Position numbers and translations under genes: made by a program. The notes under the pieces were generated by a model, which did no database searches, was not told the origin of the DNA, and worked only from the letters and a program-made list of their open reading frames with translations. A stretch of DNA of 64,000 bases, taken from positions 272,056,001-272,120,000 of the forward strand of contig OZ024742.1 of NCBI GenBank assembly GCA_964016885.1. Direction: 5' to 3'. Below are positions 12,067 through 26,342 of the stretch, piece after piece. This DNA is from Eledone cirrhosa (lineage: Eukaryota). Position 1 is the first letter of the stretch, and every line of letters starts with the position of its first letter.

Positions 12067-14087
12067 TTATATATATATATATATACACAGTTCAAGAGTA
12101 ACCATTCTTAAAGAGAGAGATGGAGATAGATAGGAGAGGAGAAGAGAGATTGGTGAATTAGTTAGAAGCCAAAAGCGTAAAGGCATGTGCTCAATGTGCA
12201 ATATGCGGTGGAAGGCAGCTAGGTGGCTGGGTTCGTGCAGAGGTGAAGTACCCAGAGGTAGAAATATTCATTAGTTAAGCAAAACCATTCTGCTCTGAGT
12301 AAACGGTAGAAGCAGCATTTGAAAATTGTGTTTCTGCAAATAATTACAAATAATTACCAATTTGTACATAGCATGACTAGGTTGTATAACTACTGTTGAA
12401 ACATTTGTAAGCAGTCGGAATAAATTACCTTTTGTATGATGTCTACCTGTTATTATTCATTCTTTATATATATATATGCAAAAGTACTATTTAAATTGTT
12501 GGGATACAACAACCAAATATTTTATAACTGATATAAAGCACTCGACAAGTATTTAGAGTGCTTTAATACGATATTAACAAATGGAAACTATATTTATAAA
12601 ACCATATCTATTTTATTATACATATTTCAAGGATACCATGTTAAATTATGGTATGTTTTCATCAGCAAAATACAATATATACCAGTTTTATAAATAAATA
12701 TTGACATACCCCTTCAAAATCCAACCGTTACTTTCGGAAGACATCAGGGATAGTGGATTTGTTTATCTTAGTAAGTCGTTGTGTTAAGGAGAAGGAAAAA
12801 GACGGAGAGAGAGAAAAACGGAGAGAGAGAAAAAATCAAGAGAGAGAAATATAGAGATAGAGAGAGGGGGGAAGAACGAAAACCTTAAGTCATGTCATAT
12901 TAAGTTAAGTTAACAATTGAGATGAAATGAATAAATAAAATTAGAAATATTAATATTCATGAATGGAATATACATATATAATATGATAAATTAATCATTG
13001 TTTAACTATGATTAGATATTTAGTTTAAAAATTGAGATCAATATATTAAAATTGGAATTTAAACATTAAGAAATATATATATTGCTAGAGAAAATTACCT
13101 ATCATATAACACGTACACACACGCAAAAATACACATAAATATATATATATACACACTCAGAAAATACACATTATATCTACTCCCGTATATAATATATACA
13201 TACAAAGCATAAATTATTTTTTAAATTAATATTATACATCCCTTCTGTTATTAAATAAACATTTTTAATATATATATATAAATATATAGGATTAGTTTCA
13301 TGCATTTATGGCTGTTAAATTATGCCTATCTGCAATCAAATTGTATGGGTATACATGTACATGTACAAACACAATTCTTACATATACATATATAAACATG
13401 TGTGTGCATCCTCACCCAATTGGTAGACACGCGTCAATCATGTATATAGACAGACAGACATATATTCATAAAAATGCACATAACACATGTATATGTATGT
13501 TAATACACACATATACATACATACTCGTATAGAGATAAGTATACATCAATATATTACATAGTATAATTGAGTACATAAAATACAAAAGGATTATATTTTG
13601 GAAATATAATTATATCAATATAACTTAAAAACAAAAGAATTCTAAAATATTAAAATATTAAAATATTTTAAAATATTATAGAATATTTTAAGTTAAAATA
13701 ATATGTTTAATAGATTTAGTATAGAAATTTATCTTACGTATATTTTACTCAAGATATTGAAAGGATAAACTTTCGAAAATTATGAGAAGCTATCAGAATA
13801 AAAACAAACCTAATCAAAAATAAATAAAATATAAACAAATGTAAAAAAATATAGAAAATTAAAAAAATATGAAAAATATAAAAAAATATAAGAAATAGGA
13901 AATATTTTCTCCTTTCAAGAGCTCTCAATATATTTCTCTAGGATAGTTTATTATATTTATATTTATATTTAGGAAGAAAATGCATTAATACTTGAGTATT
14001 TAACCAAAGAAGATGAAAAAGGTGAAGGAATCTAATGATTTATCGACAGGTTTCATATATTAACCAAATTACTTAATTAATTATACT

Positions 14088-14650
14088 ACATTTCAAATTT
14101 ATATTTATATTTAAACGTTGAGTTCAATCTATGTCTGCAGCAACAGAATAAAGTATTCCTTACATTTAGGGAATGTTTGTTCTTTAATATGAAGAATATT
14201 TCGTCTATACAAAGATCGCAATTTTCTGAAGAGGAATTAAAAGGAGTAGCTTTGGAAATAATATTCCAAATCAGCGAATATTCAACATTATCTCGTTTTA
14301 GGTCCCATAATAGGCTAGATAGCGAAGTTGAAGATTTGTTGTTTGGATCTGTAAAACAATGTTTATTATTATTGAAGCGGGATTTAAACTCTGTGGAGGT
14401 AGAATCGACATAATTAAATGAATTGAAATTAGTTTTTACATTACAATTATAAACTACATTTTTAGCTAAGCAATTATTATTAACGGACAGTTGGATTTAT
14501 TTCTACAGTTACAATTATTCGATTGAATATTGCTTGGGTTATTATTGGTATTTTGGTTAGGTTTTAAATTTCCATAATTAATTCTATTAATATGTTGCGC
14601 TAAATTTTTGGTGGAAGAGTAAGTTAATTTTATAGTATGTCTATTAAAAA
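14088..14650 (-). pseudogene. Penelope GIY-YIG endonuclease remnant (absent from the ORF track)
   Basis: Manual reverse translation gives FNRHTIKLTYSSTKNLAQHI, CNCRNKSNCPL, NVVYNCNV, YVDSTSTEFKSRF, CDLCIDE, CRH. Confidence 0.85.
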
Positions 14651-14681
14651 TTGAGTAAAAATTGAGTAATATCTATGTTTT

Positions 14682-14915
14682 GCTATAATGTTGACTAACA
14701 ACCCCATTACGCATTCTCTCCATCCTTCTCATATCCAATCTGCCTCTTACTATCCTGTACTGTATCTCTACTGTTCTGGTGACTAAGCTTGGTTGAGCTT
14801 ATATTCAGCACTATAGTTTTGTTTGTAACGCTCTGAGGATTCCTGCCCCACGGTATGGATGAAACATTGTTAGCGAATAAAAATTGTATGAGTATGAAGG
14901 CGTTCTTTGATTGAT
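14682..14915 (+). repeat. pLTR-like repeat with HHR, copy 1 (copy 2 at 18412-18645)
   Basis: gctataatgttgactaacaaccccattacgc...gagtatgaagg.gttcttt occurs twice with few differences. Confidence 0.9.
14829..14875 (+). ncRNA. Minimal type I hammerhead, intact core
   Basis: CGCT-CTGAGGA-tTCC...GGAt-GAAA-CATTG-TT-AGCG, immediately followed by AATAAA. Confidence 0.8.
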
Positions 14916-14974
14916 TTTATCTCTCTCTCTCTATATATATTTTTTTGTTTCCATATATATATTTTTCCTTTTAA

Positions 14975-15740
14975 CTCTGAGGTTCTCACTAACCTCCCCA
15001 GAGTTTTCTTCTCATTATTGGAAAAAAACTTCCCACCAGGCATTAGATATCGCCACATAATTAACAAAAACGTAATTAAATTATCCTATTCGACCACACC
15101 TAACCTTGCATCACACCTAGCACGCACGACCATTAGGAAAACTAGGGAAGGTTTCGAAGCAATTAAAATGGCAGTTAACCACCAGCAACCGACTACACTG
15201 GAAAATGGGCAACATAATAGCATCAATGAGCCATCTAATGATATAGAGGCACCTAGTGATAATGTTGGTAACCAAACTTCGGGAGGTACGCTAACTAATC
15301 GAACCCGCAGTTGCAATTGTAGGCGGAGTAGTAATTGTCCCCTAAGGGGGCATTGCCTCATGAAAAGCATCGTATATGCATGTGACGTAACCACACACAA
15401 TTCTACCAAAACATATATAGGAGCAAAGTCCAATACATTTAAAACTAGATTTAACGCGCATATATACACATGTAGACATGATAGACATAAGAATGCCACC
15501 TCACTGGCGGTATACATCTCCTTTTTAAAAAATAATAGTACCCCATACAAACTTTTTTGGAGGAAGCTTACTAGATCCACGCCATACCGACCGCAGAGTG
15601 TAAGTTGTGACCCGTGTTTACTGGAATGCCATGCCATAATACACTCTAAACTGAACCTGCTTAACATGAAATCGGAATTTTTCTCCTCCTGCCAACACAA
15701 AATCCTGAGTTCCTTCTTCTATTTTAAACCTAGCACATAG
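14975..15740 (+). pseudogene. 5'-truncated Penelope linker plus GIY-YIG endonuclease (open frame)
   Basis: ORF 14907..15740: IKLSYSTTPNL, CNCRRSSNCPLRGHCL, IVYAC, TYIGAKSNTFKTRFNAH, CDPCLLE, CQHK. Confidence 0.9.
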
Positions 15741-15999
15741 ACGTAACATATATCACGCAACCCCCACCTAGACTATAACTCCCCCCTCCCCCCAACCCGT
15801 AACCCAGATAGATAGGTACCCTAAGGGTGGAACAATCCTCTACAAGGTTGGTGTTTTTGCGTGTGTGTGTATGTGTGTGTATGTGTGTGTGTGTGTGTGT
15901 ATTCTCCTTTTCTCTCTCACACACACAGACATATGTATGTGTGTGTGCGTACATGTATGCATGCATGCATGTGTGCGTGCATTGTATGCATGTATATTG

Positions 16000-16072
<73 letters not shown>

Positions 16073-16289
16073 TGTATGCATGCGTATCATATTGTGTGTA
16101 TGTGTATATGTGACATGTATGTTAATATATGTATGTATGCGTATGTGTGTGTATGTGTATGTGTGCGTGTATGATGTGTGTATATATGTGTATATCTATG
16201 TATACTTTTCTGTAGAAATCCTCTCTATATGTGGTGTTTGGCATGAATTCCTCCTATAATACTATTCTTTGAGGGGAGCACGATATGTA

Positions 16290-18123
<1,834 letters not shown>

Positions 18124-18411
18124 GAGAGAGAGCGCGAGAGAGAGATAGAGAATAGAGAGAGAGAGATTGATAGATAGACAAATATGCGTTGTAGGAGAAA
18201 AGGGATAAATGAATGTCTCATGGAAAACTCATTCACATTGCTACCAATGATAGCTCGTCAGGTAGTGCTGCTATTGCGATCTATCACGCACAGTATTTGT
18301 AACTCAGTATCTGTTTAATTATGTTTAATTGCTTTTGATTGCTTTTGTGTGCCTTCAAATGCCTCAGTCTCTTGCAAGAAAATTTGCCTGTATTCTTGTA
18401 TTCTCATGTTT

Positions 18412-18645
18412 CGCTATAATGTTGACTAACAACCCCATTACGCATTCTCTCCATCCTTCTCATATCCAATCTGCCTCTTACTATCCTGTACTGTATCTCT
18501 ACTGTTCTGGTGACTAAGCTTGGTAGAGCTTATATTCAGCACTATATTTTTGTTTATAATGCTCTGATAATTCCTGCCCCACAATAAGGATGAAACATTG
18601 TTAGCGAATAAAAATTGTATGAGTATGAAGGTGTTCTTTCATTTA
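18412..18645 (+). repeat. pLTR-like repeat copy 2; its HHR at 18560-18606 has G8->A (CTGATAA)
   Basis: Matches 14682-14915. Confidence 0.88.
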
Positions 18646-18764
18646 TTTTTCTATAACGGCTCTGTTTTTGTACATTGAGCTAATACGATACTGTCACAAA
18701 TACGACACTGTGCAGGTGTGTTTATGCACATATGCTCCGTTGTCTACGTAAATATATATATATA

Positions 18765-18847
<83 letters not shown>

Positions 18848-19742
18848 CTTTACCACCTGCTTAGAGTTTGTCCACACTCGGGTTGTGAAGTAGCAAATGT
18901 TGTGACTGCTTCCCAATCCTCCTATCGAGGTATGTGTCCAGGGAGATGTTGTCGGTGGTGGTGGAACCAAAGTAGGTGAACTTATGGCGTGTAAGCTTAC
19001 ACAATCAGAACTAATATGTGATTGCCTATTCTGCAACTCATAATGAAGAGGTAGGCATGCTGTTGTGACATACAGTATGCTCGGTGCAATTTAAACAGGG
19101 TGGATGCCCCCCCTCATGCAGTTCTGAACAACGGCTTTCATCCAGACAATCAGAGAGAAAGAGATAGAAATAGAGAAGATGGACAAGAGAAGAAGCTGTG
19201 ATAGAAATGAAGTGAGAAATAAATATACCGGACTGTATATCGACCTCGTAAATATTAAAGTCAAAGTTGACCACGATGGGATGTAAAGTTCCGTTTTATA
19301 ATCGACTACTAATTCGACGCAAGGATATCAACAGAAACACTCACTTATAGTTTAAATGAATTGCATTGCTTATTTCGTGCGTGAGTTATGTTTACAGTGT
19401 AAGTAGACGAAATACACACATTTATGATTTAGTTTTTAAAATATCAAAAGAAAAGAAATTGTCTTAATTTGCCAGCTCTTTCGCTCACAACATTCCTTCG
19501 CATCTCAGTGTCAATGAATAGGAGAGTGTCGAAACGTTTTGACATAATGGAATTAGTTAGAAATGTATGAACCTGGAATATTATAAACGGCAATTATATT
19601 TTGGCAATTTCGCAAACTTATACCCTGTATAATTCGTATTAATATATATTTCAGAAAATCATGTATTTATACCATTGTCTTATAAAATATGTTTCTTGAA
19701 AAGATTATCATTTATATGGTATCATTATTTGTCATAATTTGT

Positions 19743-19853
19743 CAAATCCCGCTGAGGTTAACTTTGTCTTTCATCCTCACAGGGTCGATAAAATAAATTA
19801 CCAGTAATACACTTGGATAATGTCTGGCCTTGTGCCAAAAGTTGAAACAATTA
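19743..19853 (+). mobile_element. 5'-truncated tRNA-derived SINE
   Basis: caaatcccgctgaggttaactttgtctttcatcc...ggccttgtgccaaaagttgaaacaatt. Confidence 0.85.
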
Positions 19854-20299
19854 TTTGTCATAATTAATTTTATTCCCCGTGCAAATGGTACTTGATATTT
19901 TTGTATTTACGTATTTTTGTTATTAATATATCTGTGCAGCCTGTGGAATAAGAATGTAATAGCTTGAGAGATAGTCTAAAACTGGAAAATCATATTCTAT
20001 TCATTTTCGAATTATTTCATTAAATCTAGAGAGCATCTACGCTACTCATACCTATAAAGTATGGACAGTTCTAATTGATTATTAGGGCTTAGTTGATTGA
20101 TTGGTAAAGTGTGAAATTATTTCCGTAAAATGTTATTTATTGCCGTAGCTACATAGTATATATATTTATGTCAATTCTGGCTGCTGGTGTAACTTCCTCT
20201 TCTGGCAGACTGTTAGATTTACGTCCTACTTTGGGTTATTAATGTTCTGCTTCCTGGCTGTAATTCTTCAAACTGTCCAACAATCACCGTTGACATTGT

Positions 20300-22300
20300 C
20301 GTTAAAGGTGGTGTTGGTGAAGTGCCAAAGAAGACCAAAGGGTACAGTACTGGTAAGCATTTTATGACTTCAATAATACCATTGCCACGGATATGGCAAT
20401 TAACGCATATATTTCAATTCCTTCATTATCATTCTTATTCCCTTGGCACATATCTATATAATAAACGATTGCCAATCACGAAAGAAAATGCCTGTCTTAT
20501 GATTTCAATGATACTTCATGAGAGAGGGTTAATATCAAAATCACTTCATGGTAATGTTGATACATTTTGTGGCTGATGTTACTAGTTGTAACGTGGTGGG
20601 AACAAGGTTACATTATCAATCTTTTCATTGGTTGGAATCGTTCTCAGTGTATAATTTTAGTGAATCTCATTAAGAACACAGACATGAACCACAAAGTAAA
20701 ATTTAGTTTAAGAAATATAATCAAACACTTCAGTCAATTCGAGATTCTGAAGTTTAACGCCCTGAAGAAATGTCGATTAATCATTCCTTAGAGTGTAAGT
20801 TTTATAATTTCACGATAATCGATTCTGATGCATACTTCGAAATGAGCTTACTTGCTTTAGGTGAAGTATTGATTAGGCTATTTTTTCGTAGGTGGCATTT
20901 CTGCACCACATGGGTCTATGCAAATGAACGGTGTGAAATATTTAATAGACAGTCATTACCATGGGACGTATAAACCACAAACCATTACAGATAGATATCG
21001 AAATTACTACCCACACTGCGTAACATTTCAGAGGGAAAGTTCATATGATATAGTATTGCTATATACTTCTCTTTTTTCATCACTATTACCAACTTTCTGT
21101 AATAGAAGCAAATAACTTCGAGACATAACTGAATGCTTGACAAGATCACTATTATAGGAATAGTGCCGCCCATGAGTCCTGCTTGTTTACTCGAATCCCC
21201 AGTAGACTACAATAACCACATAATGAAAGCTGTTACATCTGATGAGGTCGCTCAAAAAAGTTAAGCATTTGATGTCGTTTTAATTTCATTCTGTCGAATT
21301 CAGTCGTGTTGTATTCGTCTACTACAATATTGTTTCGTTCTTTTTTTTTTCGATAATTCATGTGTTCCGTCAGTCTATTTTTGTTCATTCTGACAAGCAT
21401 GAAGCAAAGGCTTTCCAGGATATAAACGATAATTGGGTGAGCCATTTACATTCAGAATAAGATGATATAAAAGAAAATATTTGTGACCGTCATTACTTTT
21501 TGCTCTCCTAACAGATATCCCCTGCCTGCAGATCTGTCTCATCACCACTGATTTTGACGCTATATTTTAGTCTTTGCTTCGATCTTGGCTACATTCGATA
21601 ATCTCATCGATTCTTCGGGTTCCCCACCAAGACCTGCAATTGCTAATACTGCAATTCCTATTACATGTAACTATGTATTTTCAGTTAATTTGTCAGTTTT
21701 CCACATTGGGTAGAAGGCAATTGGAGATAACTAACATCCTTATGGTGGCTTTTCCTTGCACTATTTATATAATAGCCGAATCACCCGTTTCCAAGGTTTA
21801 GAGTCATGTGGCTTTCGAGAACCATCATCACAGTGATGTCATCGGGGAGCCTTACCGAATTACATTTTCTTACGTATCACCATTTGTCCTAAGTATTTGT
21901 GACTACTTTACTACTGATTGAAAACACCTGATCCACGTTAGTATTCATGTCTCTAATCTAAATGTGATTTTGGCATGGTTTTGCGTCACAATAATGTATC
22001 AGTACATGTAGCAATGCACAAGACCTGCTTGTTGTAACACCGCATTGTCAAGTTTTGAATATTATGTCTATAAGTGGAGCAACAATTGCAATGGCCAAAA
22101 TGCTGCTAGACATGAGTCACTGCTACCTCCAATATTTTCAAGCCTTTATTGAAAGTCACTAAGAAGATGAATGACTCGTTTAATTTTATCCATTATTTTT
22201 TATGTTCGTTCAATGAGGTGGAAGTCTCTTCTTTTTCCCAGATTTTTGCTTCTTTTCTTTTGACGTTTAAAATTTTATAAATTGTCTTTATGCCAAAGTT
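20300..22300 (-). pseudogene. Very old Ty3/Gypsy-like pol remnant (RT, RNase H, integrase)
   Basis: Broken motifs in Gypsy order on the minus strand: AGLVHCYMY*YIIV (YLDD-like, ~22000), KYLGQ (~21890), LGIRV (~21195), MSRSYL (~21120), PW...CIDPCG (~20910-20965), HVTTS (~20590). Many stops and frameshifts; LTRs not found. Confidence 0.5.
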
Positions 22301-23049
22301 CTTGTGTGGGTGTGAGGCATAACTGATGGGTCAAAATATATCTTAGTCATATCTCCACTTGAATGAGTTAGTCACATTTTCCCAAAAGGTATCTGAATAG
22401 CCACACACCTAAAAGTTACTTTCGTTGCGATCGATTCATTCTGTCAACACGTGTAGTCGTTTCATTCTGGAATGTTCTCTTCATTGAAAACGATATATGT
22501 AGTTGTGTATGTGGGTACTATTGTTTCCACGGATCCCAGTCAACATAGTAGTGGTCATGTTATTAGCGGTGCTGGTATGAAAATAAGTCAATAGTTTATT
22601 TCTTTAATGTTTGCAGTGGAGATGCTGGTTAAGGATTTTGTTTCATTTTATTCTATTTTTTTTTCGCGTCATTGTAGGAAAACGCCCGTCTACGCAGCAG
22701 TAGTGTGGTGAGTGTTAGGCTGCATTGCTTGAAACGGTTTTACAAATTACGCTGTGGAATGAATTACGTTGTTCCTAGTTTATCATTAACGGTGGCATCA
22801 TTTTAGCCAATGCTGTTATATCCGTCTAGATTACTGCTCATAGCAAAGATGATGCAAGAGGAAATTATGTGGCTTTCACAATTCTTCATAAAATCAATTC
22901 ACTTCAAAATACGTTTTTCATTTTGACGTCTTTGACAAAGGCATTTTGACATGACTCCAAAATAAAGCGTCAAAAATGGTGATGAATTAAAGAAGAATAT
23001 TAGCCGCTAAAACAGATGATTTTTTACTGCATAATTTTTTCTTGATGAC

Positions 23050-24153
23050 ATTAATAATAATAATAATAATAATAATGTTTTCTTTATTAAGCACAAAGTG
23101 TTGACATAAAGTATAAGATTAAGGACAGCACAAGACGGTACAGGACGGTACAAATGGGAATTTCTTCGTGTAAAGAAAAAACACAGAAAATTACAAAAAA
23201 AAAGAAACAAAAGAAAAGTGCTCAATGGGCGGGGGGGGGGATACTTCCGAGGGACATTCATGGAGAAAGCCCATTAAAAAAGCCATGGTGATCCTGACAA
23301 CCAGGGAAAGTGCCCTCTCCCAATTTTCCACTTTCGATTTACAGGCACATACTCGGGCCATGCTTGCCTCTCTCACCCATCTTTCAACAAATTTCTGGAA
23401 AGAGAGCATTTGCCTCTCCACCATGATTTTCCTTTTCAAGTGAAATTTTAAAAAGTTAATCAGTGCATTGCCAACCCCCTTCAAAGGCGTCCACAACACG
23501 ATGTCTTTCACCATGGCTACCAGACAGATACAAACTGCTTGCCCTTCCCGGCAAAAGGAGGAAGGTGGGGCAATCCTCACAATGGACTCAGCTGACAGCC
23601 GGAACCGTCCTACACACGACAGCCCGTGTACGACATAAAACCACAAGTCAGCAATGCTCGGACACTGGATGAGTGCGTGCAGGACAGTTACGTCGCCTTG
23701 CGAGGATATCGGACATACACGGCTGACGGCACTTCCATGCCTGTAGAGTTTATCCCGAAATAGCAAAGCACCTTGGTAGCACTGCCAAGCCAGGGATTTC
23801 TGGAAGTTGTCCATAGGCCCCGGCCCGAGAGTTCTCCCGACGAGATTGGCTAGTTGATTTTCGTCGACGCCCAGAATCTCCCCAAGTACGTCGTTTCCCC
23901 GTCACTAGTCCTCTATAGAACGCCAAGGTGGATTTTCGACCGATCGCATTGCCCAATTTGTCTTGGGCTGTGAACGCCTGAAGACATTCCAGTCTCCAAG
24001 CGTTCCCTCTCGGTCTTCGCTTGACCAGGACTGCAGATCCGCCAAGGAGACGACCTTTGGAAATACGCATCTAGCAAACGGCGACACCTGATTACCGTCG
24101 AGGAAGAAGTCGAGATGTCGTAGTCTGAGCGCGTGTCTTCGCATCATCAGCCA
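23050..24153 (-). mobile_element. 5'-truncated Tx1-type LINE (C-terminal zinc finger, 3' UTR, (ATT)n tail)
   Basis: ORF 23191..23814 aligns with 53073..54359 (MDNFQKSLAWQCY..RDKLYRHG..CP...HAL.QCP). The 3' UTR is shared. Confidence 0.93.
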
Positions 24154-24165
24154 TAATAAAAATTA

Positions 24166-25262
24166 CATGTTCCACAAGATGAGTGATGTCGATAGACTCT
24201 ACTTAAAGAGATCTGAGGTGGACAAGTTCTTATCAGCATAGAGGACTGTGTTCAGTTGGAGAAAAGCAACCCGCACAAATATGCGACTGTCAGTAGGGTG
24301 CCAATGCTCAAAATTGTACTGGAGGAGAAGACAATAGACCAGGGGATGTCCAAGGAGGAAATAACAACAAGCATGAAGAGCAACCTTCAGGAAAAATCCC
24401 TTAATAGCACCTTCTATAAGAAAACCGAATTTAGAGATCCACAGACATGGAACTGGTTAAAAAGAGGTGATCTTAAAAAGGTTACAGCAGGAATGCTAAT
24501 GGCTGCGCAAGAGCAAACCCTCAGAACGAAGTGGGTGAAACACCATATTGAGAAGGAGGAGGCTAGCTCACTGTGAACCATCTGTGGAGAGAGAGAGGAG
24601 ACTGTGGCTCACATTGTGTCCGAATGTAAACACCTAGCCCATACTTACTATAAAAGCTGGAGGCATGATGTGATAGGCAGGGTGATCCACTGGCATCTAT
24701 GCAAAGTAAACAATTTACCACATTCTGAGAAGTGGCATGAGCATAAGCCAGTGTCGGTGATGGAAAACGATCAGGTGCCATGGGATTTTAGGATACAGAC
24801 GAACAAGAAATTAGAACACAATAGGCCTGACCTGGTAGTTTTGGACAAGGAAAAAAGATCGTGCCTGATTGTACATGTAGCCTGCCCATTTGACACGAGA
24901 GTGCAATAAAAGGAGAGGGAGAAAATTAACCGATACCAGGATTTAAATTGGGAGTTAAAAAGTATTTGGAACATCCCTGAGATCAAGGTCGTCACGATGC
25001 TCATAGGCGCACTAAATACCATCTCAAATAGTTTCCAAGGATGGTTAAAGAAGCTTAATCCAGCCCTGGTTTTTTTAACACTTCAAAAGGCATGCTTGCT
25101 GGGAACAGCAATAACCCTCCGATACGTCCTGAATGTCTGAGACTGCAGGTAGCGGCTTGATATTCATTTCAACAAACTTTCCATTTAAATAACATCAATG
25201 ACTGAGACTCAAAGAACAATAATTCAACATATAATAAAAAAGATAATAAAATAACAATAATG
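24166..25262 (+). mobile_element. 5'-truncated R4/Dong-type LINE (CCHC plus RLE endonuclease)
   Basis: DVDRLYLKRSE, CGEREETVAHIVSEC, RHD, NRPDLVVLDKEKRSCLIV.VACPFD. Same 3' UTR as 62224-62300, with an AAT-rich tail. Confidence 0.92.
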
Positions 25263-25929
25263 AAAAAACCCTGAAGAATATGTATTGACATGGATTCGCT
25301 CCCGTAAGTTGTTTTTTATATTTAAAACACCTGTGACATAATGATTTTATTGCAAATAGGACAGAAGGCATCAGCCCTCACTTTCAAGAAGTGAGACCAC
25401 ATAATAGCTGGGAATATAACTCAAATATTTAATTTTATGTTAAACATTTTAAATTCAAAAAAGAAAATGTTTACAAGTGGCAGAAAATCACATTGCGTCC
25501 ACTAGGTAGAACAGCTAATAACCGCAATATAACCACCGACCACTACCACAAATCCCATAATAATAATTATTGCTATTGTGGTATATGTAAGTTTTCTCAA
25601 AAATGTTTAGTTCAAATATTGTTTATTTATTATAAGTAACAAGTGTAAAAGCTACTGAAGAGAACACACACAAAAACAAACGCAACATCAAAAGAAAAAC
25701 AAAATTCAATTTGTTTGAATGCAACACCCCTTACCCCCCCCCCCCCCCCCCCGTTCTTGACTGATGTCCTTGTCCTTCGAAAATAAAATAAAAAGTCCCA
25801 GTCATTCAAACATTACAATAATACCCAATCACTCCCCCCACCCGACCTCCACTAACACTACTGCCATTGAAAAATGAAAACCATAATGATTTGTTGATGT
25901 TAGTGGTGATGCTGATGATAACGGTTGTT

Positions 25930-26238
25930 TTTACATTTGGCACAGGGCCAGCGATTGCTGGTGCTTTGTTTTGTAGACTCCGTAGAGACGAGAAGCTGGA
26001 TTGACCTCTCCGGGATTTGGATTCAGACCATAAATGGTAGATGCTGAAGAATATAATAATAGTTTATACTTTTGGCACGATGGCAGCAATTACCCCAGTG
26101 CATTACTGGTACTTTATTTTATCGAACTCGTAAGGATGAAAGGCAAAGTTAACCTCGGCGGGATTTGAACTCAGATCATAAATGGCAGTAACTCTATGCT
26201 TCAAAGCATGTCGCCCGTCCCTCTACCGATACTGCCAG
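25930..26238 (-). mobile_element. Two adjacent tRNA-derived SINE copies (one degenerate)
   Basis: Reverse complement of the SINE at 26060-26238; a diverged copy at 25930-26045. Confidence 0.85.
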
Positions 26239-26342
26239 ATAAATGTCATATAAATTATTTAAAAGAACATTTTTTTCATGGTTTCTAACTGTATGGTGTC
26301 ATATTTAAATTAGGTGACCACAAAGTAATCTATGGGTAAACT

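Noticed and set aside
12717-12752. Minus-strand HHR remnant (ATCC-CTGATG...GAAA...GGAT)
   Set aside because: A9 and stem II are missing and stem III does not pair. Too degenerate to call.
19508-19545. HHR-like TGTCAA...GAAACGTT-TTGACA, and CAGATGA...GAAACACTG at ~51054
   Set aside because: The core boxes are broken and the stems are unconvincing.
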